Of a DNA stretch of 21,900 nt, positions 1 to 10,225 are shown in pieces (the stretch's first letter is position 1; each line of letters opens with the position of its first letter). The DNA is from Ginkgo biloba. Taxonomy: Eukaryota; Plantae; Ginkgophyta. Under the pieces are notes generated by a model. That model did no database searches. It was not told the DNA's origin and worked only from the letters and a program-made list of their open reading frames with translations. Made by a program: the position numbers and the translations under genes. The stretch lies in NCBI GenBank assembly GCA_024626585.2, contig JANKJI020000002.1, forward strand, positions 160,719,290 through 160,741,189, given 5' to 3'.

Positions 1-1229
1 ATTTTCAGACACATTCAAGCACTTATAGGAATGGGTTTCAAAGGAGTGAAAGCCATTTAGTTAGAGATAGTTATGGCCACATCTGCATTCCACAGAATAA
101 CTCTACACAATCAAAGAATGACAATCATATGAGAATGCCTTTGTTTTATGCATGCAAACGTTTTTTATGGACAGAAAAGTGGCCTTTGGAGTACTACAAA
201 AAAGCTGCTCACATTCTGTACCGACAACTGATCACAGCAAGGAAATGGTAAATGGTCATAAGAAGTGCAGGAATGATCATATAGGAAAGGAATGCATTAC
301 ACAAACAAGCATCTTTGGAATGCCATGGTACATGGCTTGAGAATTGCACATATTCAACAGCATATGTTGAAATAATCATGCGATACTGGAAATTGTTTCA
401 AGGAGACTGATCATAACTCGTAACCATGCTGGGAATGTCAAGAACCCTAGAAAAAAATGTTCAAGGTTCCTTAAATTTCAGATCAAGCTATCTATCTGCT
501 AGAAAGCCCAGAGGATCTGAATTCAGAGCAGAAATCAAAACATGAGTACCATTGTTGCATAAGCTTGCATATCAAATTTTGCCCTTGGGTCAATGAGATT
601 GCAGAAAACAACCTGAAACATCATCTTTTGAAAACATAAACGATCACCAGAGAAAAGATTTTGAATGTCATTTGAAAGATATCATGAGGCTCAACCAAGT
701 TCCATTAGAAACAAAGTTGAGCTGGAGGCATCTTTAATTGTGAGATCTCTTTACTCACAGATAATGTGAAGTAGAATGCTAAATTAGTGTATTAATTAAA
801 TCCCATAATGCCCAAGGAAACAATAACTAGCAATGAAAAAGTGCAAATAGCAAACTAATTAACTAGCAATGAAAAAGTGCAAGTATACACTTTACACATG
901 GTAAAATGTCCAAGGTTTAGATTCCTCTTAGGATCTCCTACAACATTGTTGACATTAGAATTCTTTCCAAGGTCATTTAACGTAATTTGGTGAGAACTCT
1001 CAGCTTTTCATCTCGGTTTGATATATTGTAAACAATCATTTTCAAATATTAACTTCTGGCTTTAAGTGCTCTTTCCCTTTTTGATGTCTTGTTCAATAGT
1101 TTCTATGGCTATATCTCAGTGGTTGTTGATGCATACATTAGACTCTTTATCAAGGCAGTGCTGATTTTTCCAATAGCATGTGGAACCAATTACTTGGTCT
1201 TGACACATGCGTTTCTGTATATGTTGCAG
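1..1229 (+). other. 3' part of a long symplekin intron
   Basis: I recognised no symplekin-like peptide upstream of 1230. The region becomes T-rich towards the AG acceptor at 1228-1229. Confidence 0.7.
824..882. repeat. Exact 23-bp direct repeat, period 36 (taactagcaatgaaaaagtgcaa)
   Basis: Identical copies at 824-846 and 860-882. Confidence 0.9.
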
Positions 1230-1313
1230 ATCTGGAGATTGCCAAAGTTGTGGGTAGGATTCCTCAAGTGCGCATACCAGACACAGCCACATTCGTTTCA
1301 TGTGTTACTACAG
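1230..1313 (+). CDS. SYMPK: Symplekin (pre-mRNA 3'-end processing scaffold, Pta1/ESP4 family), third-last coding exon; earlier exons lie upstream of the window
   Basis: Acceptor ttgcag|ATC and donor CAG|gtttac. 84 nt encode IWRLPKLWVGFLKCAYQTQPHSFHVLLQ, matching from memory the plant symplekin C-terminal motif IW..PKLW.GFLKC...QP.SF.VLLQLP. No database search was run. Confidence 0.93.
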
Positions 1314-1425
1314 GTTTACACTTTGGAATGTGTTCTGTGTTTGATAATTTATGGTTTCTAAACTTTGTGGTGAATAATGGGTAGTAAATATTTTATCAAC
1401 TGACTACTGTCTTATCTTAATGCAG

Positions 1426-1529
1426 TTACCTGCAGCACAGCTTGAAAATGCATTGAACAAAAATCCTGCATTGAGAGCACCCCTGGTTTCTCATGCTAAT
1501 CAGCCCAACATTCGCTCGACACTGCCTAG
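1426..1529 (+). CDS. SYMPK: Symplekin, penultimate coding exon
   Basis: Follows a 112-nt phase-0 GT-AG intron (1314-1425, ends atgcag). Encodes LPAAQLENALNKNPALRAPLVSHANQPNIRSTLP plus AG, then donor AG|gtgata. Continues the LP..QLE.AL...P.LR.PL..HA.QP motif. Confidence 0.93.
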
Positions 1530-1637
1530 GTGATATCTGGATTCTAGATTCTAGATTCTGGGCTTCTGTTTATCCATTTTGAAGTAGTTCTTTATGTATT
1601 TACTGGTTCTGACTCCTCTTTCTTAATGATTGGCTAG

Positions 1638-1779
1638 GTCAACACTGGTGGTCCTGGGTATTGTCCAGGATACCCAACCAGCAAACTCAGCTGTCCAAAA
1701 CCTTCAGTCAAATGATGCAGGGCCGTCTGGTCACACAGCAACTGAGACACAGGCATCAGAGTCTGCAGCTGGTAGCTAA
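1638..1779 (+). CDS. SYMPK: Symplekin, final coding exon ending in TAA
   Basis: Follows a 108-nt phase-2 intron (1530-1637, ends gctag). Encodes (R)STLVVLGIVQDTQPANSAVQNLQSNDAGPSGHTATETQASESAAGS*. The LPRSTL.VLG motif followed by a S/T/Q/A-rich tail is typical of plant symplekin ends. Confidence 0.9.
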
Positions 1780-1957
1780 ACTCTGCTTTTTAAGTAAATT
1801 CTATTGACATTTACACACACTGAGGCGAGTTTCTCAATGTTCTGAGATTTTCTGGCACATGAAAGTTCTACTCTATACAGTTGCGGGTGCTTGCACCATC
1901 AGATCCATCGGGATTTCTTCAGAGGGGTGCAAGACAGAATCCTTACAACACTTCCAT

Positions 1958-2420
1958 TGTATAGATTTTAATTTTGAGATCAAATAGACAAATAACTAAA
2001 GTGTATTCTGAGTTTCCCAGTTTTACCTGAGAAGGCCCTGTGACTATGAGTTCAACTGTATTACAATGTAGACTTTTTTGGGCAAACGATCTGAAGTTAC
2101 CAAAGAAGATTCATCAGCATTTGTCACAATGCATACTTGTGAGACGGGTAACTGTTCCCTCTTTCTGGCTGCTTGTCAACGGCATAGTACCCAAACCCAA
2201 CAACGGCTGAGAGACATTTGTATTATGGAAGAGAAATCTAAAAATTGTTGAATACACCTTTGCAGAGCCTGAACATTTGAGAAGGCTTTGTATCATTAAT
2301 TCATCAATCAGAATGATAGCAGATGACAGATGTATGTACAATAACAAGTGGAAACAATAATTGTAAAACAATAAAGCTAGGCTTAAATGTCTTACCTTTC
2401 GTTATATTTCAATAATGTTG
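1958..2420 (+). terminator. Probable symplekin polyadenylation region (UGUA cluster, AATAAA, U-rich downstream tract)
   Basis: TGTA at 1958, 2002, 2057, 2067, 2219, 2289, 2331, 2335 and 2362. AATAAA at 2370-2375, then T-rich sequence. The cleavage site cannot be seen directly. Confidence 0.5.
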
Positions 2421-2997
2421 TGCACTGCATTGCATTTTTTAGGTAAAATCATGCATTCTTTTTAATTGCGGAATTTGGTCTACTATGTTAGAACTTGATT
2501 CATTATTTTACACTTATAAACTTCTTACACATTGCTACCGTTTGTATGCTAATTGAAGTCGAATGGCTTTGTTTAGTAAATATGCAGTTTGAGGTATGTC
2601 TAAATTCATAGGTTTATTGCATACTGAATTGTTTGTTGTTGTTCCAGTTAGCAACATAAAAACACTGACCAAAATGGAAGGAAAATGGCACGGTACCAAA
2701 AAATAGAGTCGATACAACTAAGGACATTGTGAAATGGATGGTTCATAATAGTTCATATGTTCATTGTTGTACACTAAATTATTTGCTGTTGTTTCAGATA
2801 ACAGCATTAAAACAGCGATATGAAGAAACAGTGATTTCAAGTGACCACAATGTAGATTGGAGGCAGCTCGGGGCATTTTGACATGGATGGTTTGTTATAT
2901 ATCCTCTATTTCTAATGCATTTATGCAATTTGTTTTGCAGATTACAAGTTTCCTGTTGAGAAGAAGTTGTTGGATGTTGACCAAACCCTATGGAAGA

Positions 2998-3196
2998 ATG
3001 AGAATATGATTTTCTCATTTGCATTTCTGCTCATTTCTATCTTTGGCCTGAAAGATGCCTGAACTGTGATTGTCTTATGAAGACATGGTGATGATATTGG
3101 TGAAATTATAAAGCTTGCTTGTTGTTGAGTTGTTGAAGATGGTTTTGGTAGATTATGAGAGTATGATTCTCTCATCCTTTTTCTGCTCATCTTTAT
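2998..3196. repeat. Imperfect ~42-bp direct repeat; each copy starts with a 7-bp stem-loop
   Basis: atgagaatatgattttctcatttgcatttctgctcatttctat (2998-3040) versus atgagagtatgattctctcatcctttttctgctcatctttat (3155-3196). Confidence 0.8.
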
Positions 3197-3549
3197 TTTT
3201 ATTCTTGTGAAACTTGAATATGTTATTGGATTTGTTTGTATGGATGAGAAGAGGCTTTAAATAAGCCTGTGGAGTTGTGAGGTGAAGTTAAAAAGCCAAG
3301 AAGGAGATAAGGCTATTAAAGAATGCCTGGAAAACTATATTATGAAGAGAACTTGTATTAATCTTATTATCTGGTATGATCTAAGAGAATCTATGGTTAT
3401 GAAACCAGGATGTTTGATAGTTTGTTGAAAATGTTTTTTTTGGCAGATTATGAGATGCACACTAGACAGTCAGAAATAGTGGAACCTTGGTCAGTTGCAT
3501 GCCTCCAAGGTGAGGCAGCATTGCAAGCCATAGAGCAAAGTAGACTTAG

Positions 3550-4280
3550 TTGGGGTCGGTCGAGAAGGATATAGCATCCTCTCTTATTATGGGAAGTTGA
3601 ACGTGCTCTCCAGGCGATGCAAATCGCATATATGTATGCTAAGGCGGTGCAGCATATCAAACATGGAAGATACAATCAAATCTGTGCAGTCAATTAATTG
3701 TCTGTGGCAGCGTTAGTTTCTAAGGTGAACAAAATGCGGTAGATATCAGTGTAGTGTTGTGGCAAACAACGGCGAGTGTGAAATGAGGTGCAGGGGGCAG
3801 CCATGGAGGAAGGCGACCCTCCTCTAAAATTTTCAATTATTATTGCTATCTAAAACTTCTTGTCTGTTATACAAAATATGTGCAGTGCAGGGTTGACTCA
3901 AACATGGCATAAGACAATTTCGAGAGGTGAACAAAAGCGGTGGTGAATGCAATTGCAAGGGCGAGCTCTCTTGTTCATTGTAGTTGAAAGGGATTTAATT
4001 CTTTTGGCTGTGCGAAGCGGCGTTGTAGATAGCCAAGAAGTTGAAGGCAACCCCGTGGCTCTATGAGTTGCAGGCACGCAACTCGCTGCGGTGTGTACCA
4101 GGCCCAACAAATGGAGGACCGACGAAAGTTACATAGGGTGACAAACAACGGCGACCACAACCAATAGGCGGACGTGAGGAAAAAGGACGCCTGTCAAAAG
4201 TTTAAAAAATTGAAAATTTAATTTAATTTTTGGATAAAGTCGCTGTGGGTCGGTTTATTTAAAAAAAAAAATTATAAATT
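3550..4280. promoter_or_regulatory. CpG-rich, promoter-like segment with no associated ORF
   Basis: About 30 CpG by eye count in ~700 bp, whereas most of the window is CpG-poor. Contains GGCCCA (4101), ACCGAC cores, CCAAT (4162), ACGTG (4172), TATAAAT (4273) and a repeated caaacaacggcga. Confidence 0.4.
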
Positions 4281-4328
4281 CAATGATAAAAGAATAAGTA
4301 TATTACTAACAATTATTATAATAAGAAT

Positions 4329-4392
4329 TAACATGTGGCATAGTGGAAAGGTCTTTGAACTGTATGCATGAGGTAAAGGGTTCAATTTTTTT
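4329..4392 (+). pseudogene. Degenerate tRNA-derived (SINE-head-like) sequence with Pol III A and B boxes
   Basis: A box TGGCATAGTGG at 4336-4346 and B box GGTTCAATT at 4379-4387, 32 nt apart. The acceptor and anticodon stems do not pair, so it is not a functional tRNA. Confidence 0.4.
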
Positions 4393-6119
4393 TAAGTACA
4401 TTTTTTTTTACCTAAGATTTTGTCTTGCCATGAAGCAAATGGTCATATGGTGATCGGGAGTTAATGCCTAAGAGGGCTTAATCATTTTCTTCAATATTTG
4501 ACAAATTGTGCAAGATGGACAAACAATCACAGGAGAGAGAAGATGAGCAAATAAGCAAAAGAAAAAGGAGGCAACAAACAGTACAAAATGTTAACAATTG
4601 AGCGAATGATTGAGAGAAGCAATTTTTTGACAGTTGTTTAATCCATTTTTGAAAAATCATGTTCTGTAAGCCTCATTGATTGTAAAGACTCTTTGAANNN
4701 NNNNNNNNNNNNNNNNNNNNNNNNNNNNNNNNNNNNNNNNNNNNNNNNNNNNNNNNNNNNNNNNNNNNNNNNNNNNNNNNNNNNNNNNNNNNNNNNNNNN
4801 NNNNNNNNNNNNNNNNNNNNNNNNNNNNNNNNNNNNNNNNNNNNNNNNNNNNNNNNNNNNNNNNNNNNNNNNNNNNNNNNNNNNNNNNNNNNNNNNNNNN
4901 NNNNNNNNNNNNNNNNNNNNNNNNNNNNNNNNNNNNNNNNNNNNNNNNNNNNNNNNNNNNNNNNNNNNNNNNNNNNNNNNNNNNNNNNNNNNNNNNNNNN
5001 NNNNNNNNNNNNNNNNNNNNNNNNNNNNNNNNNNNNNNNNNNNNNNNNNNNNNNNNNNNNNNNNNNNNNNNNNNNNNNNNNNNNNNNNNNNNNNNNNNNN
5101 NNNNNNNNNNNNNNNNNNNNNNNNNNNNNNNNNNNNNNNNNNNNNNNNNNNNNNNNNNNNNNNNNNNNNNNNNNNNNNNNNNNNNTAAAATTTGTTTAAC
5201 TTATAAGAAGTAGGAGTAGAGCAATAGTGTTGCTCAACAAAATTGACTAGCATACAACAAAGATGGATGAAATCATGAAAACTCAACTATGGGTCTTAGT
5301 TTGATATTTGGAGAGCAAGAAAGACAATAAAATTGTTGGAAGCTGTGAAGAATATTGTTGGGAACTTGGTTGATAAGCATTCTTGTTACTTTTTAGGTCA
5401 TTAGCAGGTCTTACATGATGTATTTATATTCCAAGTACAAACGAATCATAAATTAATATAAATTATTGGAGAAGATATGGTGGAGTGAATGGGTAATGCA
5501 TATATCATTTCGTGATCGGATGCCTTTGCTTATTCTTGTTGTAAGATTTAGTTGACTTTCATGTTTACCATTAATTTCATAAATAAATGTAGGCATTGCT
5601 TAAGGGATAATTCATTCCATGTTAACATGGAGTGTAAATTAGCTTTAAAATAATTTAAATTGTCCCATAAGATATGGTGGATTGGATTGCTAATGCAAAA
5701 ATTGCTCAGTGGTTGGATGCTATTGTCTATGCATGTCATAGATGCATGGTTTACCCAAGGGTTGGGCGTTGGAGGCTAGATGCCTTTTATGTTGACTACA
5801 AGTATAATCAAACATAAATGAGTACACATTATCTAATGATTATGGTTTAAAATGTAGGGGTACCAGCATTTTATTGTGCTTTTGTGAGACACTTATGAGG
5901 ACCAAGTTATTTATAAATAAATTTCACTTCATTTTATAAAGGGAAATAAGTACTATCTGGTCTCACTCATAAAATTTATCAAATGTAAGATCATTAGGGC
6001 ATATGATTTAAAATAAATTGAAAATACATTTATAATTTGTGGCATGTTGTAATTATGAAAAGACTTAATATGTTGAGAAAGCATCAAATGGATTTTTATT
6101 TGGATTCATTGTTTTATTA

Positions 6120-6340
6120 ATTCTACTTAGCTAATAGTGTCTGGGTGTTTACCAATGGAGGACAACAATGAAAGTGGTTTCCATTAGATAAATTTAGATT
6201 TTGAGTTTCATCAAGTATAATTCTAGGCCATGAACATGCAACTTAAATGAATACTCGATTGTAAAGCAACCATGTAAATGAGTGTTGAATTTGATGAGAT
6301 TGATGACTGGTTAAATGGATTTGATGGCGAAAATGCTTGA
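6120..6340 (+). mobile_element. Possible highly decayed hAT transposase C-terminal remnant
   Basis: Fragments SGC (~6140), FIKYNSR (6207-6227, compare LV[FY][VI].YN.R of the hAT dimerisation region) and FDEIDDWL (~6290-6313) occur in the expected order, but with frameshifts and stops. Confidence 0.3.
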
Positions 6341-7905
6341 GATATAGTTCGAGGCATTAATTAATCTATTCGGTGAGATACTAGAATTTGAAGTTGTTCT
6401 TGTAGGCAAGACTGAGGACGATGTTGCTCCAACACCACTTTATGAGGCACCAACATAGACACAAATAGACAAAGTCTACTTAGGAAAAATAAACAATGAT
6501 GGTGCTTCAAGAACCCTCATTGCATGGCATGGAATCTAGGACATAGGATAGCTAGTAAAGTTTTAAGGATGATTGCTCCCTTGTAAATGATTTTGTTTAA
6601 TTGAAAGTGATTAAGAATGTAAATTTAAAGTTTGAACCCTTTTATGTAAATTTTAAAGGAAGCAATATTTTTTTTTAATTGAAAGTAAATTTATTAATCC
6701 AAATAAAAAGTAGTTTTTACATAAGACAGAAACCAAAGCATGTTTATAGTAAATTTGCTTGTAGGTAGAGGCAAAATACCTAGTTCACATATGAATTTCC
6801 CCCCAAAAAATTTTAAAGTTTGCATGACAATTCCTGATTATAAAATGCTTTTTAAAAGAAGTCCAACGTCATGTGAGTACCATCTATGCATATCACAATG
6901 AGATTGTAGATTGTAGTACCTAGTTCACATACAAAGATTGTAGTACATGTCTTTCTAGTCTATGGGTTTAAAGGGTTTATGCTTCTCTTCCTTAGCTTTA
7001 GGCTTGTCTAATATTTTTGGTGCCACCTCGATTCAGCAATTGACATTCCATTGCATAATTGGACCCACTCCTTCCATGATGCTATCCTTAGATAATATAA
7101 TAGGGCCTCTTATCACGAGTGTAACTTCCCCCTTTTTAGGTATTATAGATAAATATCCATCAAATGGCATATCCTATATAACAAATATGTCTCTAAGCAT
7201 GAATATTTAATCCAACTTATGAAGTTTTCACCCTTTTCTGTATTTAGAGTCAATATCATGAGAATCAATTGTGCTTATTATCTTTTTATCATGTAGTAAA
7301 TCATTTTGAGCTTTGATGTAGTAATCTATAATGATGATGGTATATGTATCATCCTATTCAAGAATGCCACCTATGATTGGATCAAAGTCCTATTTGTACT
7401 TTGTGTAGAATGCTCACAATTGGCATCTTAAATTTGAACCATTTTTTAATTTATTGAATCTAAAATTCAAACCAACCTTTTCATTCCTTTCCATAGTAGA
7501 TAAAAAATTTAATAATTGCGATGTCGTCCCTATTNNNNNNNNNNNNNNNNNNNNNNNNNNNNNNNNNNNNNNNNNNNNNNNNNNNNNNNNNNNNNNNNNN
7601 NNNNNNNNNNNNNNNNNNNNNNNNNNNNNNNNNNNNNNNNNNNNNNNNNNNNNNNNNNNNNNNNNNNNNNNNNNNNNNNNNNNNNNNNNNNNNNNNNNNN
7701 NNNNNNNNNNNNNNNNNNNNNNNNNNNNNNNNNNNNNNNNNNNNNNNNNNNNNNNNNNNNNNNNNNNNNNNNNNNNNNNNNNNNNNNNNNNNNNNNNNNN
7801 NNNNNNNNNNNNNNNNNNNNNNNNNNNNNNNNNNNNNNNNNNNNNNNNNNNNNNNNNNNNNNNNNNNNNNNNNNNNNNNNNNNNNNNNNNNNNNNNNNNN
7901 NNNNN

Positions 7906-8339
7906 CAACCCCGAGATGCTTGGGTATGTCAGAGATATGATGGATGGATAATGCTTATAGGATCTTTGTATTTCTGGATGTTTCAACTTGATGCTCTTTG
8001 TGGGGATTGGATTACTAGAGTGATGCATGTTTTCAATGGATCTTATATAATGCTAGAAGTTGTACAAGTGGATTTCATAAGATACTAGTTGGAGGGCTCC
8101 ACATGTAGGAGTGGGATCCTACATAGATGATATAGGTGTGGCACTAATGATAATTTTCATGGTTGGAAGTTTGATGATCATATACTACACAAGCCCTTCT
8201 TGGTCATACTAAGTTGTTAGGCTCTAGAGCTAATGGGTGGATCTCATCTTTGAGTTGGTTAACCCAATAATCTACTTGTTTAGCATGATATATGTTATAG
8301 AGATCGGCTTGGAGAGCTTGTACCAATGGTATTAGAGCC
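7906..8339 (+). mobile_element. LTR retrotransposon relic: LTR 3' end plus tRNA-iMet primer-binding site
   Basis: ...tacCA-a-TGGTATTAGAGCC (PBS 8327-8339) is one C>T change from the canonical plant PBS TGGTATCAGAGCC and follows CA (8324-8325). The left boundary is unknown because of the gap. Confidence 0.55.
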
Positions 8340-9629
8340 AAGTTTTAGTTCATATTCATATGTAAGTGTATGCATTTCAATGTATATTCATGTGAGAAAT
8401 TCATTATTACATATGGTTAGTTTTGAGAGTTTCAAATATTTGATCATTTATACATCATGTTTCTAAATTTTTTTTGTGTGGGAGTTTATTTTAATATTTT
8501 TTGTATACATATTATTTTACATAATTTTTTAAACCTCTAAAGTTGTCATCCACATATCCTAAAATTTTGAAAAAGTGTCATAGTCTATGCCCATGCCAAT
8601 CCGTGCTAAAAGTCTATGCTCCTGTCTCTTGATAACCTAGATTTGATTTCATCAACAAACTATGCCCAAACCATTTCAAAAAGTATCTAATGAATTAAGT
8701 TTGAATTACCACAATTATATAATTTCAAAAACCACATATGAGGTTTAATACCTTCTCCTTCTATTATTTCTATATTTCATTAACTTGTTTATGAATAAAT
8801 TGTTCATCTACAACTAGAATTCTAGTGATAGTGAATAAGTGCAAAAATAAGGATTATAAGGATTAGGGTTTAAAACATCACCTATGTTGTAGCCACCTAC
8901 ACCATAGACTTAAGATATAAGGATTAAGGTTTACAAAAGGGTTTATCTTTTGAAAAAAACCTCAGAATGATTNNNNNNNNNNNNNNNNNNNNNNNNNNNN
9001 NNNNNNNNNNNNNNNNNNNNNNNNNNNNNNNNNNNNNNNNNNNNNNNNNNNNNNNNNTGTCAAGTGAAACACATTCTTTTTAGGACATGAAATACTTTTG
9101 GAAAAGTCCACAAGACTTTTAGTCTTTCGAGTATGAAAATACTTTGGATCATGAAGGTCAAGTTCAACACATTATCACCAACCTAAATCATTAGATGAAA
9201 TTTAAATAACCTCTTGGAAAAAGGGAGGGAGAGGTCTACTTCTCAATACCAAACTACATAACATATATCAACATAGTTTTTGTATAAAAATTAGAGGCAA
9301 CCCACTGTATGCAGATATAATTTATAATGTCAATTCAAAGCATTATATACAAGTGATCCCTAAGTTGGATGCTCACAATGTAAATCTACATGTAGAAAAC
9401 TAAAACTCAATAATAACCCATAGTGGACTAGATACTAGTTCTTTTGTGATCTAGGTCCAAATACATAACTATTAAACATGTAAAAAATTTAATTGAACTA
9501 ATGTTTCCTCTTCCCCATTCAATCCACACTCATCCCCATTCCTCTTTTATAATGATTTATATACAATATAGTTTTCTCATTCTACATAAAATCTCTAAGC
9601 TTCCATGTTTCTCGCATATACATCATAGT

Positions 9630-9783
9630 TTCCATGTTTATGTTTGATATCATTTGAGATTCTATTGTATTTTATTTTGTTACATGCATGTTTCTATGTA
9701 TTTCTATCACATGTATGTGCATTCCATGTTTATGTTTGATGCCATTTAAGCTTCTATTGTATTTAATTTTGTCACATGTATGT
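9630..9783. repeat. Imperfect tandem duplication, period 92
   Basis: ttccatgtttatgtttgatatcatttgagattctattgtatttttattttgttacatg at 9630 versus ttccatgtttatgtttgatgccatttaagcttctattgtatttaattttgtcacatg at 9722. Confidence 0.85.
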
Positions 9784-9880
9784 GCATGTTTCAAAGATTG
9801 CATGTGTAGTTTTTATTTAAAACTCTAATTATCAATTCAAGTAATTCAAGTAATATCTATTTGAAAATGTAGATCTATAT

Positions 9881-10225
9881 ATGGCTAGATAGGGTGAGCC
9901 TTCAGTGGAGGATGTTGCTATGACTACTGATAGGGACTTATATTCATAGATATAATAGGAGATTATATGGCTATAAGGGAAAATAGCCAAACTTATATAT
10001 GATAACCCTTGTAAGCCTGCATTGAATACGATGTTGGAGTCCTTGGAAAAAATGGTAAATGAATTCAAATATGTTGGGCATAAAGTAGATATGTGGAAAC
10101 AAATTTAGTAGTAAAAAAGAGTCAGTGTCTAAGGCAATGTGAAACAAGATGAATTAAAAAGGATTGTGACAAAAATATAATTTGGGATTTGTTTGGCTAA
10201 GATCCAAGCACACGCTTCAAAATGA
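9881..10225 (+). pseudogene. Decayed reading frame of unknown, probably transposon-borne, protein
   Basis: MAR*GEPSVEDVAMTTDRDLYS*I**EIIWL*GKIAKLIYDNPCKPALNTMLESLEKMVNEFKYVGHKVDMWKQI***KRVSV*GNVKQDELKRIVTKI*FGICLAKIQAHASK*. All ten internal stops are TAA or TAG. Confidence 0.35.

Noticed and set aside
1089-1361. 90-aa ORF as a standalone gene
   Set aside because: Only 1230-1313 is coding. The flanks are intron sequence read through the splice sites.
4517-4600. Short ORF MDKQSQEREDEQISKRKRRQQTVQNVNN with an NLS-like KRKRR
   Set aside because: Only 28 codons in purine-rich sequence next to a gap, so it cannot be assigned.
8170-8260. Possible 5S rRNA-like (Cassandra TRIM) sequence upstream of the PBS
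   Set aside because: Only a few nucleotides (gatcata) resemble 5S, and no internal A or C boxes are recognisable.
8630-8642. CTAG as a Helitron 3' end
   Set aside because: It is followed by A rather than T and has no clear GC-rich subterminal hairpin.
8863-8871. Telo-box or telomere-like TTAGGGTTT
   Set aside because: A single copy in repeat debris with no array and no gene start nearby.
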